DNA from: Poseidonia sp.
Lineage (GTDB): Archaea > Thermoplasmatota > Poseidoniia > Poseidoniales > Poseidoniaceae
Reading direction: 5' to 3'
Assembly (NCBI GenBank): GCA_016778305.1
Contig: JADHPT010000002.1
Span: 94,610-158,609, forward strand
Length of the DNA stretch: 64,000 nucleotides
This document shows, piece after piece, positions 62,757-64,000 of the stretch. Each line of letters begins with the position of its first letter. Position 1 is the stretch's first letter. The notes below the pieces were generated by a model, which worked only from the letters and a program-made list of their open reading frames with translations, made no database searches and had not been told where the DNA came from. A program made the position numbers and the translations under genes.

Positions 62757-63986
62757 TCAGAATCCTCTTGCTCCAGCAAGGGCAGTTGACAGGAGCATGT
62801 CAGGCTCCCAATCCATTATGTTGACACCAAGACCACGAAGCTCGCCGATTAAGACATCTCGTTCGGTCTTCATGACTTCGTAGCCAGTTCGATCAAGCCG
62901 CTTCGCATCAAACTCAAATTCAAGTGATGATGGAGTTAAAACGGTCACGTCAAAGTCACGTGCTCGGAAGTCACGTAGAGCGTTGACGATGGTTGGGTCG
63001 TCTTCTAAGTTTGAAAGGAAGATGATTGGACTTCCCTTGTTGATATGAGGTAGAATCCTGTTAACGACGACCTGAAGCGGAATGTTACCGCGCGCTACTG
63101 CTCCTGCTAACTTCGTGAGGATCACGTAGAGTTGCTTCTTACCTGTGTCTCGGTCAACGCTAACGACTTCATCACCATACACGATGACACCAACTGAGTC
63201 ACGGCGGCCAAGGAAATACTTGGCCAACGAAGCGGCTGCTCGAGTGGAATACACCAAGGCATTGCGAGACACGGGCCCTGTTTCGGCGACAGCGCGGGAA
63301 TCAACGATGATGATGATATCCGAAACAGCGTCACGCTCACGTTCGTTGACCATAAGTTTCCCCGAGCGTGCGTATGCGGACCAGTTGATGGCACGGAATG
63401 AATCCCCTTCGAAGTATTCACGAAGGGAATAAAATTCAGAACCTGGACCGGGTTGTCGAATGTTGACGGCACCTGTGAAAATCTTAGGTACACGTGACTT
63501 GACGAAGGTCTCTTTGAGATCTTCCATCTTGGGGAACACAAGGAAGTCGTTGTAGACATGCAATTCCTTTTCCTTGTGGAATAACCCGAAGGCGTCTTGA
63601 ATGCGGACGGTCACTGGACCGAGGCTGTAAAAACCACGGAGTGGGCATTCTACGGTGTATTCAATGAAGGTCTCACGACGTGGTCCGAGTTCCATCAAGA
63701 TGTAATTGGCACCCTCTTTGATGCGCATTACTTCAGGAACTCGGTCGCGGACTTCCAAGATTTTAGGTAGCGAGGACGTATTTTGCATCCTCAAGGTGAC
63801 GTTCAGTTCTCCGTCTTCAAACATGCGAGCGCTGGAGAGTTTACGCATAGCAACAACGCTGCCGAGCGCTACTCCCTCTTCGCCTGTCCATTCTTCTGCG
63901 CGACGACCACTTGCGGATACGTCTGCGTGATTTCCTACGAGTGCAGCCCATGTAAGGAACACAAAAATAACCACGGCTATCGTCAC
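62757..63986 (-). CDS. DUF58 (vWA-like) domain protein
   Basis: An N-terminal TM is followed by SEFYSLREYFEGDSFRAINWSAYARSGKLMVNERERD, the DUF58 signature (RxYxxGDxxRxIxWxxxAR...), and then IIIVDSRA, a vWA-like beta strand. The start is GTG 63986. Confidence 0.8.
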   Translation of the reverse strand: MTIAVVIFVFLTWAALVGNHADVSASGRRAEEWTGEEGVALGSVVAMRKLSSARMFEDGELNVTLRMQNTSSLPKILEVRDRVPEVMRIKEGANYILMELGPRRETFIEYTVECPLRGFYSLGPVTVRIQDAFGLFHKEKELHVYNDFLVFPKMEDLKETFVKSRVPKIFTGAVNIRQPGPGSEFYSLREYFEGDSFRAINWSAYARSGKLMVNERERDAVSDIIIIVDSRAVAETGPVSRNALVYSTRAAASLAKYFLGRRDSVGVIVYGDEVVSVDRDTGKKQLYVILTKLAGAVARGNIPLQVVVNRILPHINKGSPIIFLSNLEDDPTIVNALRDFRARDFDVTVLTPSSLEFEFDAKRLDRTGYEVMKTERDVLIGELRGLGVNIMDWEPDMLLSTALAGARGF

Positions 63987-64000
63987 GAGTTGGGAATTTC

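Overview
No search or alignment tool was run. Every family call comes from motifs I recognised in the supplied translations, and start codons were checked by hand against the nucleotide sequence.

The window is densely coding, with intergenic gaps mostly under 140 nt, and it looks archaeal. Archaeal markers are Orc1/Cdc6, aIF2-gamma, S6e, RpoK, Dph2, PurP, a complete A-type ATP synthase operon (atpHIKECFABD), GHMP-type shikimate kinase, and the ADH-synthase/DHQ-synthase-II shikimate entry. Many bacterial-type aerobic or heterotrophic genes sit among them: class II HMG-CoA reductase, a class II CCA-type nucleotidyltransferase, acyl-CoA dehydrogenase, heme O/A synthases, tryptophan 2,3-dioxygenase and an M61 peptidase. 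This mix suggests an aerobic heterotrophic Thermoplasmatota-like (marine group II/III-like) archaeon; that assignment is inference only.

I call 58 CDS, one tRNA-Ser(GCU), one large intragenic tandem duplication and a few small regulatory or repeat candidates. I saw no rRNA, CRISPR array, transposase or integrase. Shine-Dalgarno-like GGAG/GAGG motifs and 1-8 nt start/stop overlaps are frequent.

The most interesting candidates are:
- **KaiC-like triplet (41749-43932).** Three translationally coupled KaiC/RecA-fold paralogues, one with an intact P-loop and two with ablated P-loops. They follow a TadE/pilin-like lamin-tail-domain protein and face a low-GC, 991-aa surface protein that abuts the tRNA.
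- **Pseudo-ATPase operon (15738-18957).** A coupled operon of an Orc/Cdc6-like AAA+ protein with Walker A Lys->Arg, fused to a winged helix, then a beta-propeller-like protein and a DUF357 protein. It lies next to an intergenic array of GTTAA/GCGTTAA repeats.
- **Inactive site-2-protease homologue (29781-32312).** All three zinc ligands appear to be replaced.
- **Recent 621-bp tandem duplication (54104-55861).** It sits inside a membrane-anchored coiled-coil gene.
- **GcvH-like protein (9903-10334).** It lacks the lipoyl lysine.
- **Aromatic amino-acid operon with aspartate kinase (55964-61810).** Aspartate kinase is translationally coupled to the aspartate-semialdehyde-dependent pathway genes.
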